From the NCBI GenBank assembly GCA_000092065.1, contig CP000587.1: DNA of 64,000 nucleotides, one strand, 5' to 3'. Origin of the DNA: Ostreococcus lucimarinus (lineage: Eukaryota). The notes beneath the pieces were generated by a model. That model saw only the letters and a list, made by a program, of their open reading frames with translations. It searched no databases and was not told the origin of the DNA. The number at the start of each line of letters is the position of its first letter. The first letter of the stretch is position 1. Positions 34,484 to 42,565 of the stretch are shown here, in pieces. The position numbers and the translations under genes are program-made.

Positions 34484-35875
34484 TTACGCGGCGGACGGCG
34501 AAGAAGGTGGCAACGAGCCCAGAGGCGCGGTCGCACCGTCGAGATGCAATTCAATCTTTGGCGGCGGTTTCCTGCGGCGCCGTGACGGAGGCGTCGGCGG
34601 AAGGGCGAGAACCGGTTTCCGAAGTCGTTGCAGTAATTCTTCAATGTGGCGAAGCGTTCGTTGCGATGACAGTCGACCGAAATGGGTGGCGATGTCGCTC
34701 CACTTTTCGGGAACGTTCGTGGCGTCGTCGCTTGAAGCAAACAATCGTCGAGCCGTTTCGGCTCGTTCATGTCCTTCTTTCGTCGCCTCGTTGAAACATT
34801 TCGGGCACACGCATTGACGATCGCACAACAAGTACACGTACATCTTCAAACAATCTTCACACGAACACGTTTCGGCAAAGAAATCGTAGCCCACAATGCC
34901 GTCGATGTCGGTGTGAAGTTTGAGCGCTTCTTCGCACGCGCACGAGTGGTACATTGGCGAATTAGGATGATCGATTACCGAGTGGAGCACGTCTTTGTGC
35001 GTTTCCAAACCAACGTCGTGATCCAGACGATTGCGCTGATACTGTCGCATGATGTCTCGCAACGCCTTCGTCGCGTCTTCGCAGCGCGCGTCGAGCGATT
35101 CGTGCGAATTAGACATGAACAAAGTCAATTCCCAGTGCGCCTTTTCGACGCGTTCGACTCTGCGACGAATGAACCGTCTACCCTTACCTTTTGCGGTGTG
35201 CTTCGGCTTTGTCGCGATGTCGATCCACTTTAGCGGTGGCAACGGCAACTTGTCTTGCTTTTGCGATGGCGCCAAAGCGATCGACGGCGTCGCCGGCAAA
35301 GGCTTCGGCAGCGCGGGATACTCCTCCTCCGCCGCCGAATCGGCGAACGAAGGTTGCGGCAGCGCCGAGGGCGACGGCGGCGCGGTATCCGGTGACGATG
35401 TCCCGGGAGACGGCGATGAAGAACATCCCATCACGGTACGTCCGGAACCCGACGTGTGACTCTTCTTCGGCGACGACCTTTTCGACGTAGATCTCCGCGT
35501 CGCCCCTCGCCGAGTCGGTTTGCCGATTCGCGTCGGCGACGCCGATCCCGCGCCTCGCATCATCAGCATCCCCGCCGCCACTCGACTCGCCTCCATCGCC
35601 GCGCACATCGCCATCTCGCGCTCTCGCATCGCCTTCATCGCGTCCCTTCGCGTCGCGATCAACGCCTCGCGCATTTCATCGTCCAAAATCTCCGCGACGA
35701 CGACGATCGAATCGGCGGCGCGCGCCGTCGACAACACCGCCACCAATCCCAACCCACTCACCGCCACGAACCGCGTCGCGTGCGCCGGCGCGCGCGCGTG
35801 CGCGATCGGCACCGTCGGCATCGGCGCTCCCGCGCCCCACGCCCCTCCCCGCACGCCCTCGAACGCGCCGCGCAT
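34484..35875 (-). CDS. Hypothetical protein with a C-terminal Cys/His-rich putative zinc-binding module
   Basis: The only conserved-looking block is HSCACEEALKLHTDIDGIVGYDFFAETCSCEDCLKMYVYLLCDRQCVCPKCFNE. The N-terminus is low complexity, and the start codon and exon structure are uncertain. Confidence 0.3.
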   Translation of the reverse strand: MRGAFEGVRGGAWGAGAPMPTVPIAHARAPAHATRFVAVSGLGLVAVLSTARAADSIVVVAEILDDEMREALIATRRDAMKAMREREMAMCAAMEASRVAAGMLMMRGAGSASPTRIGKPTRRGATRRSTSKRSSPKKSHTSGSGRTVMGCSSSPSPGTSSPDTAPPSPSALPQPSFADSAAEEEYPALPKPLPATPSIALAPSQKQDKLPLPPLKWIDIATKPKHTAKGKGRRFIRRRVERVEKAHWELTLFMSNSHESLDARCEDATKALRDIMRQYQRNRLDHDVGLETHKDVLHSVIDHPNSPMYHSCACEEALKLHTDIDGIVGYDFFAETCSCEDCLKMYVYLLCDRQCVCPKCFNEATKEGHERAETARRLFASSDDATNVPEKWSDIATHFGRLSSQRTLRHIEELLQRLRKPVLALPPTPPSRRRRKPPPKIELHLDGATAPLGSLPPSSPSAA

Positions 35876-36084
35876 GACGTTTCGACCCCCCTCGCGCGTC
35901 GCGTCGAGTGCCCCGATCCCTTCGACGCCGCGCGTCGTCCTCGTTCCCGTCCCGCGCGCCCGCTCGTCGCGCGCCGCGCGCGCCGAAGCGCGTCACCGCG
36001 CGCGCGCCGCCCGCCCGGCGCGCCCGCCCGCGCGACGACGCGTCGTCGCGTCGTCGCCCCGCGCGACGCGCAGTGCCGACTTCG

Positions 36085-36284
36085 CCGACCGCGCGATCGC
36101 GCGATCGAGGTTCGTCGACGACCCTCGCGCGAGGTTCGACGCGCGCGATCGAACCTCGCGATTTCGGGGTCGATCGACGCGCGCGCCGACCGACGGCGAT
36201 CGCGCGATCGAGGTTCGTCGACGACCCTCGCGCGAGGTTCGACGCGCGCGATCGAACCTCGCGATTTCGGGGTCGATCGACGCG
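36085..36284. repeat. Tandem duplication of a ~103-bp unit with internal inverted repeats, in the intergenic region between the Cys-rich gene (minus strand) and ATP synthase subunit d
   Basis: The unit gatcgcgcgatcgaggttcgtcgacgaccctcgcgcgaggttcgacgcgcgcgatcgaacctcgcgatttcggggtcgatcgacgcgcgcgccgacc occurs twice back-to-back (36085-36181 and 36188-36284). Within each unit gaggttcg occurs twice and its complement cgaacctc once. Confidence 0.85.
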
Positions 36285-36693
36285 CGCGCCGACCGCGCGA
36301 TCGCGCCGACCGCGTCAGAACACCGCGCGCGTCGACGACCGTCATGCTGCGCGCGCTCGCGAGACGAGAGGTGCGAGGCGACGACGCGAGGCGACGCGAG
36401 GCGACGACGACGACGCGCGCGCGCGAGGCGAGGCGACGACGACGCGCGCGCGCGAGGCGACGCGCGAGACGTTCGTAGGGTTGGCGAACGATCGATCGCG
36501 GGGCGCGAGGGACGACGGCGACGCGCGACGGCGACGCGCGACGGCGACGCGAGGGCGAGGGCGAGGACTGACGGAGACGCGGTGTGGTTTCGGGGGGTAG
36601 GTTGGGGCGTTCGCGCGCGCGGCGCGACGGACGTACGCGGGGGACGCGGCGGCGCCGGCGACGGGGAGCTGGGACGCGATCAAGACGGAGGCG

Positions 36694-37119
36694 TTGTCCG
36701 ACGCCTCGCACAAGGAGCTCATGGCGCTGCAAAAGGCTGTCGCTGATATGCGCGATGCGGTCGCGCGCGCGGCGTATAAGGGACCGGAACCGGATTTCGC
36801 GGCGATGCGCAAGGATACGAAGATGCCGGAAATCGTGGACGAGTTTGAGAAGGCGTACAAGGGCGTGACCAAGCCGGATGCGAAGAGCCCGGAAATCGAG
36901 GCTTTGCGATCGTCGTTCGTGGAGATCGAAGCCGAAGCGAAAGCGCACGCGGAGCACGCGACGAAGCGCATTGCTGAACTCGATCTCGAGCTCAAGGCCA
37001 TCGAAGAGCAACGCTCCAAGCTCGGGTCGATCACCATGGACGAATACTTCCAAACCAATCCGGAGCTGAAGAAGAAGATTGACGACAGGATCAAGAACGA
37101 TCAGTGGTTCGAGGTCTAA
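36694..37119 (+). CDS. Mitochondrial ATP synthase subunit d (plant ATPQ type)
   Basis: The C-terminus ITMDEYFQTNPELKKKIDDRIKNDQWFEV is collinear with plant subunit d ...MTADEYFEKHPELKKKFDDEIRNDNWGY. The length (141 aa) and Lys/Glu-rich helical character fit. Confidence 0.7.
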   Translation: MSDASHKELMALQKAVADMRDAVARAAYKGPEPDFAAMRKDTKMPEIVDEFEKAYKGVTKPDAKSPEIEALRSSFVEIEAEAKAHAEHATKRIAELDLELKAIEEQRSKLGSITMDEYFQTNPELKKKIDDRIKNDQWFEV

Positions 37120-37253
37120 TCTCGATCGTCTGTTCGTGTATTTCCCCTTAGCAGAGCGTCACGCAAGTTGTGATTATAGATTTTTCTGAAACTTATCGAG
37201 TCCCGCCGACTTCAGAGTTTGACTCTCGCCGGTCGCCGTCGCGCGACCGGACC

Positions 37254-38666
37254 ATGGCGACGTCGCTCGATGAACCCGCGCGCGGTCGCACGAGTGGCGT
37301 TGATTCGACTTCCAACGCGCGGTTGAACTCGCAAGACGTCGAGGAACGCTCGACGGAGCGCGCGGACTCGCGAAGCGCGTTGACCGCGGTGGACCGCGCT
37401 CGAGGACGCGCGGGTGTCGCGCGAGAGAGCTCGCAACCATGCCGCCCGAGAGCGGTGCGGTTCGCGACGACGATGCCGAACACAATCACGCATAGTATTA
37501 TGCTCGCTCGCGGCTGGAGCGAGGTCTCGCCCACGGACTCGAATTGGGATTTGTTTTACGCGGACGTCGGTTGGATACACGAAAACGTGCCTTACAAGAG
37601 CGGCGCGCACATGGCGGAGCACCAACGCGTGAACCATTTCGCTAATCACGTGGAGCTGACGCGCAAGGATTTGATGGCGAAGAATTTGAACCGGGCGAAG
37701 AGACAAGCCGCGAAGAAAGGGGGAACTGAGGCGGCGAAATGTTTTGATATTTTACCCCTCACGTACGTGATGCCGCACGAGGCGTTGATGATGCAGCGCG
37801 CTTTCCGTGATCACGGTGGCTTGTGGATCATGAAACCGATCGGACGCGCGCAGGGTAAAGGAATTTTCATGGTCCATAAACTCTCTCAAATCACCAAGTG
37901 GCTCGCCGAGCGCGAGAAGAGTGGTGCGGAGAATATATGCATCGACAACTACGTCGCGCAGCGATACATTTCCAATCCGTATTGCGTCGGCGGTAGAAAA
38001 TTTGACATGCGCTTGTACGTGTTGGTTCTTTCATATCGCCCGCTTCGGGCGTATTTATATCGCGAAGGATTCGCAAGATTCACCGCGGCGCGGTACACGT
38101 GCGACAAGGAGTCGTTGGGAGATGAAATGGTGCACTTGACGAATCACTCGGTGCAAAAGCGAGACGCGAATTACGACGCTTCCAAGTGCGATTTGCGATG
38201 GAGCGCGCGTAGTGTTCGCCAGTACATCGCCGCGAAGCACGGCACGGCGACTTCGGACGCGCTCATAGAAGAGATTACCAAACTCATCATCAACTCTTTG
38301 CTTTCCGTGGCGCCAGTGATGATAAACGATCGACATTGTTTTGAAATGTACGGGTACGACGTCATGTTGGACGAAAATTTGCGACCGTGGCTCATCGAAG
38401 TAAACGCGTCACCATCGATGAGCGTCGATAGCGCGAGCGATAGAGCGTTGAAAACGGCACTCTTCGAAGATGTGCTAAACGTGGTCGACATGGAGAAGCA
38501 ATTCGATCGAACGAGTGACACCGCGAAACGCGTTGGGGGCTTTGATTTAATACACGACGGCGTCGTCGTCGAAGAAAATCTACGCCTACTCGGGGCACTG
38601 AATGACGATAGAGAATCATCTTTGGCGCGAACGCAAATGGTTTATGATGAAAAAATGGCGATGTGA
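37254..38666 (+). CDS. Tubulin-tyrosine ligase-like (TTLL) family protein, probable tubulin polyglutamylase
   Basis: TTL-domain motifs are NHFANHVELTRKDLMAKNL, LWIMKPIGRAQGKGIFMV, QRYISNPYCVGGRKFDMRLYVLVLSYRPLRAYLYREGFARF and WLIEVNASPSM. I refined the start to the ATG at 37254. Confidence 0.8.
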   Translation: MATSLDEPARGRTSGVDSTSNARLNSQDVEERSTERADSRSALTAVDRARGRAGVARESSQPCRPRAVRFATTMPNTITHSIMLARGWSEVSPTDSNWDLFYADVGWIHENVPYKSGAHMAEHQRVNHFANHVELTRKDLMAKNLNRAKRQAAKKGGTEAAKCFDILPLTYVMPHEALMMQRAFRDHGGLWIMKPIGRAQGKGIFMVHKLSQITKWLAEREKSGAENICIDNYVAQRYISNPYCVGGRKFDMRLYVLVLSYRPLRAYLYREGFARFTAARYTCDKESLGDEMVHLTNHSVQKRDANYDASKCDLRWSARSVRQYIAAKHGTATSDALIEEITKLIINSLLSVAPVMINDRHCFEMYGYDVMLDENLRPWLIEVNASPSMSVDSASDRALKTALFEDVLNVVDMEKQFDRTSDTAKRVGGFDLIHDGVVVEENLRLLGALNDDRESSLARTQMVYDEKMAM

Positions 38667-38671
38667 TCGAT

Positions 38672-39220
38672 TTAAACGTCGTACTGCTCGTCTTCATCTT
38701 GCGGTTCATCCTTCAAAATCGGTTTCCCTTCGGCGTCGAGCGGCCAAGGATTCCCGTCCACGTCGACGGGCACGTCGAGTTTCATCAACGTCGGCACGCT
38801 CCACGGGTATCGTTTCACCATCCCATACTCGATCGGTCTGCCAAAGTTTTTCTGCGCGCGCGAAATGAAAATCATATCGTCAGTCCCTCGCCTCGATCGC
38901 GTCGACGTCTCGAACGACTCGCCTTGAAATTTTCTTGAAAAATTCTCTGCGCCTCCTTGAACTCCGGCGTCGTGAACGACAACCGCGGATCCTCAAACTC
39001 GCGCATCTTCTCTAACTTCTCCGTGTGTTGCTTCATCTGTTCCAGCAAGTCCATCTGTTCCTTGTCGTTCGGATCGACGCGTCGTTCAAAGTCCTCGAGC
39101 TTGGCTCTGTCCTCCTGCGCGTCGTCGTTCGTCGCCGTCAGTCACCGCGCGCGTCTTTCGCGCGCGTCACCGCACCTCGGCCGCCGCCGCGCCTCCCGTC
39201 CATCTCGCCGCGCCCGACAT
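38672..39220 (-). CDS. Small conserved hypothetical protein, proposed three-exon model (39176..39220, 38923..39114, 38672..38851)
   Basis: Two abutting minus-strand ORFs in different frames (38872..39054 and 38672..38875) can be joined by a 71-nt GC-AG intron (AAG|GCGAGT ... ACTGAC-N25-CGCAG|AAA). A further upstream 61-nt GT-AG intron (GAG|GTGCGG ... ACTGAC-N21-CGCAG|GAG) links a 15-codon first exon. All junctions are phase 0. No confident family assignment. Confidence 0.4.
38852..38922 (-). other. Putative 71-nt GC-AG spliceosomal intron of the small three-exon gene
   Basis: On the minus strand the sequence reads ttcaag|gcgagtcgttcgag...gggactgacgatatgattttcatttcgcgcgcgcag|aaaaactttggc. Splicing joins ...QENFK to KNFGRPIEYG... 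in phase 0. Confidence 0.4.
39115..39175 (-). other. Putative 61-nt GT-AG intron of the small three-exon gene
   Basis: On the minus strand the sequence reads gccgag|gtgcggtgacgcgcgcgaaagacgcgcgcggtgactgacggcgacgaacgacgacgcgcag|gaggacaga. The in-frame TGA inside the intron is bypassed. Confidence 0.35.
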
Positions 39221-39371
39221 CGCGTCTCCCGCGCGTCGTCGCGCCTTCGTGTGTCGTCCCGCGCGCGCGTCCCCGCGCGCCTCGTTCGTAACGCTCGTGC
39301 GTTTTTCGAGCGAAAACGACGAAAAAATTCAAAAAGAGTGATTATTATGCAACAGCCCGTCGAAAGTCGGT

Positions 39372-40631
39372 ATGTTTTCCGTCGACGCGCGAAATTCGTT
39401 GACGAGCGATTCGTCCGCCGGCGCGCGCGCGCGCTTACGGGCGGGCGGCGGCGGCACACCGCGCCGTCTCGCGCGAGCGCCGCACATGGTGCGCGCGGGC
39501 GCGCAGATATTCTTCGCGAGCGTGCGCGCGGTGCTGGAAATATTCTGCGTCGGCGCCGTCGGCGTCCTGGGCGCGCGCCGAGGCTGGCTCGACCGCAAGA
39601 CGTGCAAGACGCTGTCGACGTTTAATGGAAACTTTTTCCTGCCGGCGCTGCTTTGGGTGTCGCTGAGCCGCTCGGTGAGCGCGAGCGCGCTGCGAAAGCT
39701 GTGGTTACTGCCGGTGACGTGCGTCGCGCACGTGACGCTCGGACTGGCGCTCGGGCTGGGCGTCGTGCGCTGGGCGCCGGTGAAGCCGGGCTTCAGAACC
39801 GTCGCGTTGATGTCGAGCGGATTCGGCAACTCGCTGGCTTTGCCGGTGGTCGTGGCGAGGGCGATCATCAAGAACCCGAGGATTGGGAATTTGACGTTCA
39901 CGAGCGATGATAACGATCGAGCGGTGTTGTATCTGTCGTCGTACGTGGTCGTGCTGAGCGGGCTGATGTGGACTCTCGGACCGTTTTTGTTCAGACGACG
40001 CGTAGCCGCGAAAGTTTCGCTCGAGGGAGGGGATGGGGGGGAGATGAGCGAACAGGCGGAACGCGATCGAACGCTGATGCGACAGCGTTCTTTCGCGAAT
40101 AGGACTTTAGATTTTACGCGGACGTTTTTCAATCCCGCGATCGCCTCGTGCGTGTTGGGCGTCGCGACTGGGATGGCGCCGCCGGTGCGAGACATAATTT
40201 TTAACCCCGGGCGCGCGCTGAGTTGGATCGGTGGATCCGCGGAAATGTTAGCCGACGCGGCGATTCCTTCGATTTTACTCGTTATCGGGGCGTCGTTGGC
40301 GTACGGTCCCGATTACAGCTTGGCGGATCGAAAGACGTCTCTCGCCATCGTCGGAGTGCGATTCGCAATAATACCATTCTTTACGATTGGGCTGTATTAT
40401 GCCTTTCGCAACGTCAGTGGGATCGCGCCCGACGATAAAACGTTTTGGCTCGTCTTCTTGATGCTCGGCACGACGCCGACGGCGAACAACATGATGCTTC
40501 AAGCTCAAATGTTCCACGACGACGATCGCGCGGGCGCCGGCGTGGGCACGTTGCTGTTTTGGCAATACCTCGCGTGTCCGGTGTTTCTCACCGCATTCGT
40601 GTCGTGGTACTTAGCCATGATCGATCGGTGA
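39372..40631 (+). CDS. Auxin efflux carrier family / PIN-LIKES (PILS)-type membrane transport protein
   Basis: Two 5-TM bundles flank a hydrophilic loop. The C-terminal block reads ...LVFLMLGTTPTANNMMLQAQMFHDDDRAGAGVGTLLFWQYLACPVFLTAFVSWYL, typical of the Mem_trans fold. Confidence 0.7.
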   Translation: MFSVDARNSLTSDSSAGARARLRAGGGGTPRRLARAPHMVRAGAQIFFASVRAVLEIFCVGAVGVLGARRGWLDRKTCKTLSTFNGNFFLPALLWVSLSRSVSASALRKLWLLPVTCVAHVTLGLALGLGVVRWAPVKPGFRTVALMSSGFGNSLALPVVVARAIIKNPRIGNLTFTSDDNDRAVLYLSSYVVVLSGLMWTLGPFLFRRRVAAKVSLEGGDGGEMSEQAERDRTLMRQRSFANRTLDFTRTFFNPAIASCVLGVATGMAPPVRDIIFNPGRALSWIGGSAEMLADAAIPSILLVIGASLAYGPDYSLADRKTSLAIVGVRFAIIPFFTIGLYYAFRNVSGIAPDDKTFWLVFLMLGTTPTANNMMLQAQMFHDDDRAGAGVGTLLFWQYLACPVFLTAFVSWYLAMIDR

Positions 40632-40710
40632 TCGTCTCGATTACAGTCGCCGCGCCGCGGTTGTTTGTTATTTACTTTCTAGTCTTAGGCGACGTCGAAA
40701 CGTCCACTTA

Positions 40711-41460
40711 TTATTGATTCGCGATGCGCAAACCATTCTGAATCGTCTTCGAGTACTCGCCAACCGCCTGCACGATGAGCTCATCTTCTTCCATGCGCTC
40801 GGCGCGTTCTTTTTGAAGGCCGAGTTTCAGAGTCCCGAGCTCCTCGAGCACGACGGCGTGGAAGTCGCCTTCGCCCGCGGCGCTCTGGTGTCGCACCTCC
40901 TCCACCACCGACGCCAACTTCCCCACCGCGCTCTCCCGCGTGTTCCTCTCCGCCTCCACCTTCGTTCGCAATTCGTTCACCTCCTGTCCGACGCGCGCGA
41001 TCATCTCCGCCTCGCGCTCCAGTCTCGCCAACCGTTCGTCGTCCAACGCCGCGCCGAAGTCCTCCACCCGTCGACTCAAACTCGTCGTCATCGTCTCCAC
41101 CTCCATCGTCCTCTGTTCTTTCTCCGCGCTCAGCGCCTCGTGCACGCTCTCGATCGCCGTCGTCAGCGCCGTCACGCTCGCGCTCAACCGTTCCTCGACC
41201 GCCGTCGCCCGCGCGCTCAGCGTCGCCTCCGTCTCCCGCAGCATCCGTTCCAACCGTCCCGCGCTCTCCGCGCGCGCCTTTTTCTCCGCCTCGCTCGCGC
41301 GTTTCAATTCGCCCTCGAGCGCGTCCAGCCTTCCCTCGATCGCGTGCATGCGATCGCTCTCGAGCGCGCGCCGGTGCGTCTTTTCTTGTTCCAAATCGCC
41401 GTAGAAGGATTGAAACCGTTCGTTCAATCGCGCCAGTTTCGTCGCCGCGCGCGACGTCAT
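40711..41460 (-). CDS. SFA: SF-assemblin (striated fiber assemblin / beta-giardin family) flagellar-root coiled-coil protein
   Basis: The 249-aa protein is almost entirely coiled coil. The head LARLNERFQSFYGDLEQEK and the tail EDELIVQAVGEYSKTIQNGLRIANQ match the green-algal SF-assemblin termini as I recall them (..LDRISERFQTF.., ..DEIVQAVNDYTKALQDGLRIV..). Confidence 0.6.
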   Translation of the reverse strand: MTSRAATKLARLNERFQSFYGDLEQEKTHRRALESDRMHAIEGRLDALEGELKRASEAEKKARAESAGRLERMLRETEATLSARATAVEERLSASVTALTTAIESVHEALSAEKEQRTMEVETMTTSLSRRVEDFGAALDDERLARLEREAEMIARVGQEVNELRTKVEAERNTRESAVGKLASVVEEVRHQSAAGEGDFHAVVLEELGTLKLGLQKERAERMEEDELIVQAVGEYSKTIQNGLRIANQ

Positions 41461-41591
41461 CGCGAATTCGCGACGCCGCGCGACGCGAAATCGATCGAGT
41501 CGACGCCTCGCGCGCGCTGAGCCGGCGTCGCGGCGACGCGCGGATGAATGACGACGGATGACGAATCGCCGCGCGGTACCTCGTCCTCACA

Positions 41592-42440
41592 ATGTCGCGC
41601 GCGGTCGCGTCGCGCGCGGCGCGCGCGCTGCTGCGCGCGCGCGGCGCGCGCGTCGCGGACGCCGCGTCGGCGACGGGCGCGACGGCGCGCGCGCGCGGCG
41701 CGGCGGCGACGCGCGCGGTGACGCATCGAGCGCGACCGTCGACGTCGGCGCGAGGCTTCGCGGCGAGCGCGAACGCGCCGAAGCGACCGAGAGGCGCGGA
41801 CGCGGACGACGCGAACGCAGACTTCGCGAAATACCTGTTCGCGCTCGTCGTCGGCGTCGTCGGGGCGACGTACGCGTCGGTGCCGCTGTATAGAATGTTT
41901 TGTCAAGCCACCGGGTTCGGCGGGACGACGCGCCGAGCGACGCTCGAGGATAAATTAAAGAGCGATGCGTGGAGCGAAGCGCGAAGAGACGAGGCGCGAG
42001 GACGAGAGATAACGATATACTTTAACGCCGACGTCGCGGAAGGGATGCCGTGGCGATTCACGCCGACGCAGAAGAGTATCAAAGTGAGACCGGGAGAGTC
42101 GGCGTTGGCGTTTTACACGGCGAAGAATTTGACGAAGACGCCGGTGACGGGCGTGGCGACGTATAACGTGCAGCCGAATAAGTGTGGGGCGTACTTCAAT
42201 AAGGTGCAGTGTTTCTGTTTCGAGGAACAGCGATTGCGAGGGAAGGAGGAGGTGGATATGCCGGTGTTGTTTTACATCGATCCCGAATTCGCGAGCGACC
42301 CAAACATGCGAGACGTGAAGAGTTTGATTCTCTCCTACACGTTTTTCAAGAGCGATGATTTCGAAGACGACGTCGACCAAGACGATGAGAAACCATCGGG
42401 CGTTCGCGTGCACGGTCCTGGGGTCGTCGCCGCGAGTTAG
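41592..42440 (+). CDS. COX11: Cytochrome c oxidase assembly protein COX11 (CtaG), mitochondrial
   Basis: A presequence is followed by one TM helix (LFALVVGVVGATYASVPLY), then RMFCQATGFGGTTRR and the copper-binding CFCFEEQRL region. The match runs full length. Confidence 0.85.
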   Translation: MSRAVASRAARALLRARGARVADAASATGATARARGAAATRAVTHRARPSTSARGFAASANAPKRPRGADADDANADFAKYLFALVVGVVGATYASVPLYRMFCQATGFGGTTRRATLEDKLKSDAWSEARRDEARGREITIYFNADVAEGMPWRFTPTQKSIKVRPGESALAFYTAKNLTKTPVTGVATYNVQPNKCGAYFNKVQCFCFEEQRLRGKEEVDMPVLFYIDPEFASDPNMRDVKSLILSYTFFKSDDFEDDVDQDDEKPSGVRVHGPGVVAAS

Positions 42441-42565
42441 ATGCATTGTGATAGATTTTAGTTTCGCTGCGTTTAAAACGTCCCAGAGCTGTCGTCGCGT
42501 CGCGCGCGCTTCCGCACACCTCGACGCGCGTCGGCGCGCCTCGGCGCCGTCGACCGCGCCGCGCG

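Noticed and set aside
35456-37053. Long overlapping ORFs on both strands (35456..36478 +, 35520..36746 +, 35758..37053 -, 35908..36600 +) of 230-431 aa
   Set aside because: Their translations are almost pure Arg/Ala/Asp/Gly runs, typical of stop-poor frames in about 70% GC DNA. They overlap each other in three frames and, on the minus strand, run antisense through the confidently assigned ATP synthase subunit d gene. No domain motifs are present. I treat them as non-coding, and the region is the repeat-rich spacer described in the findings.
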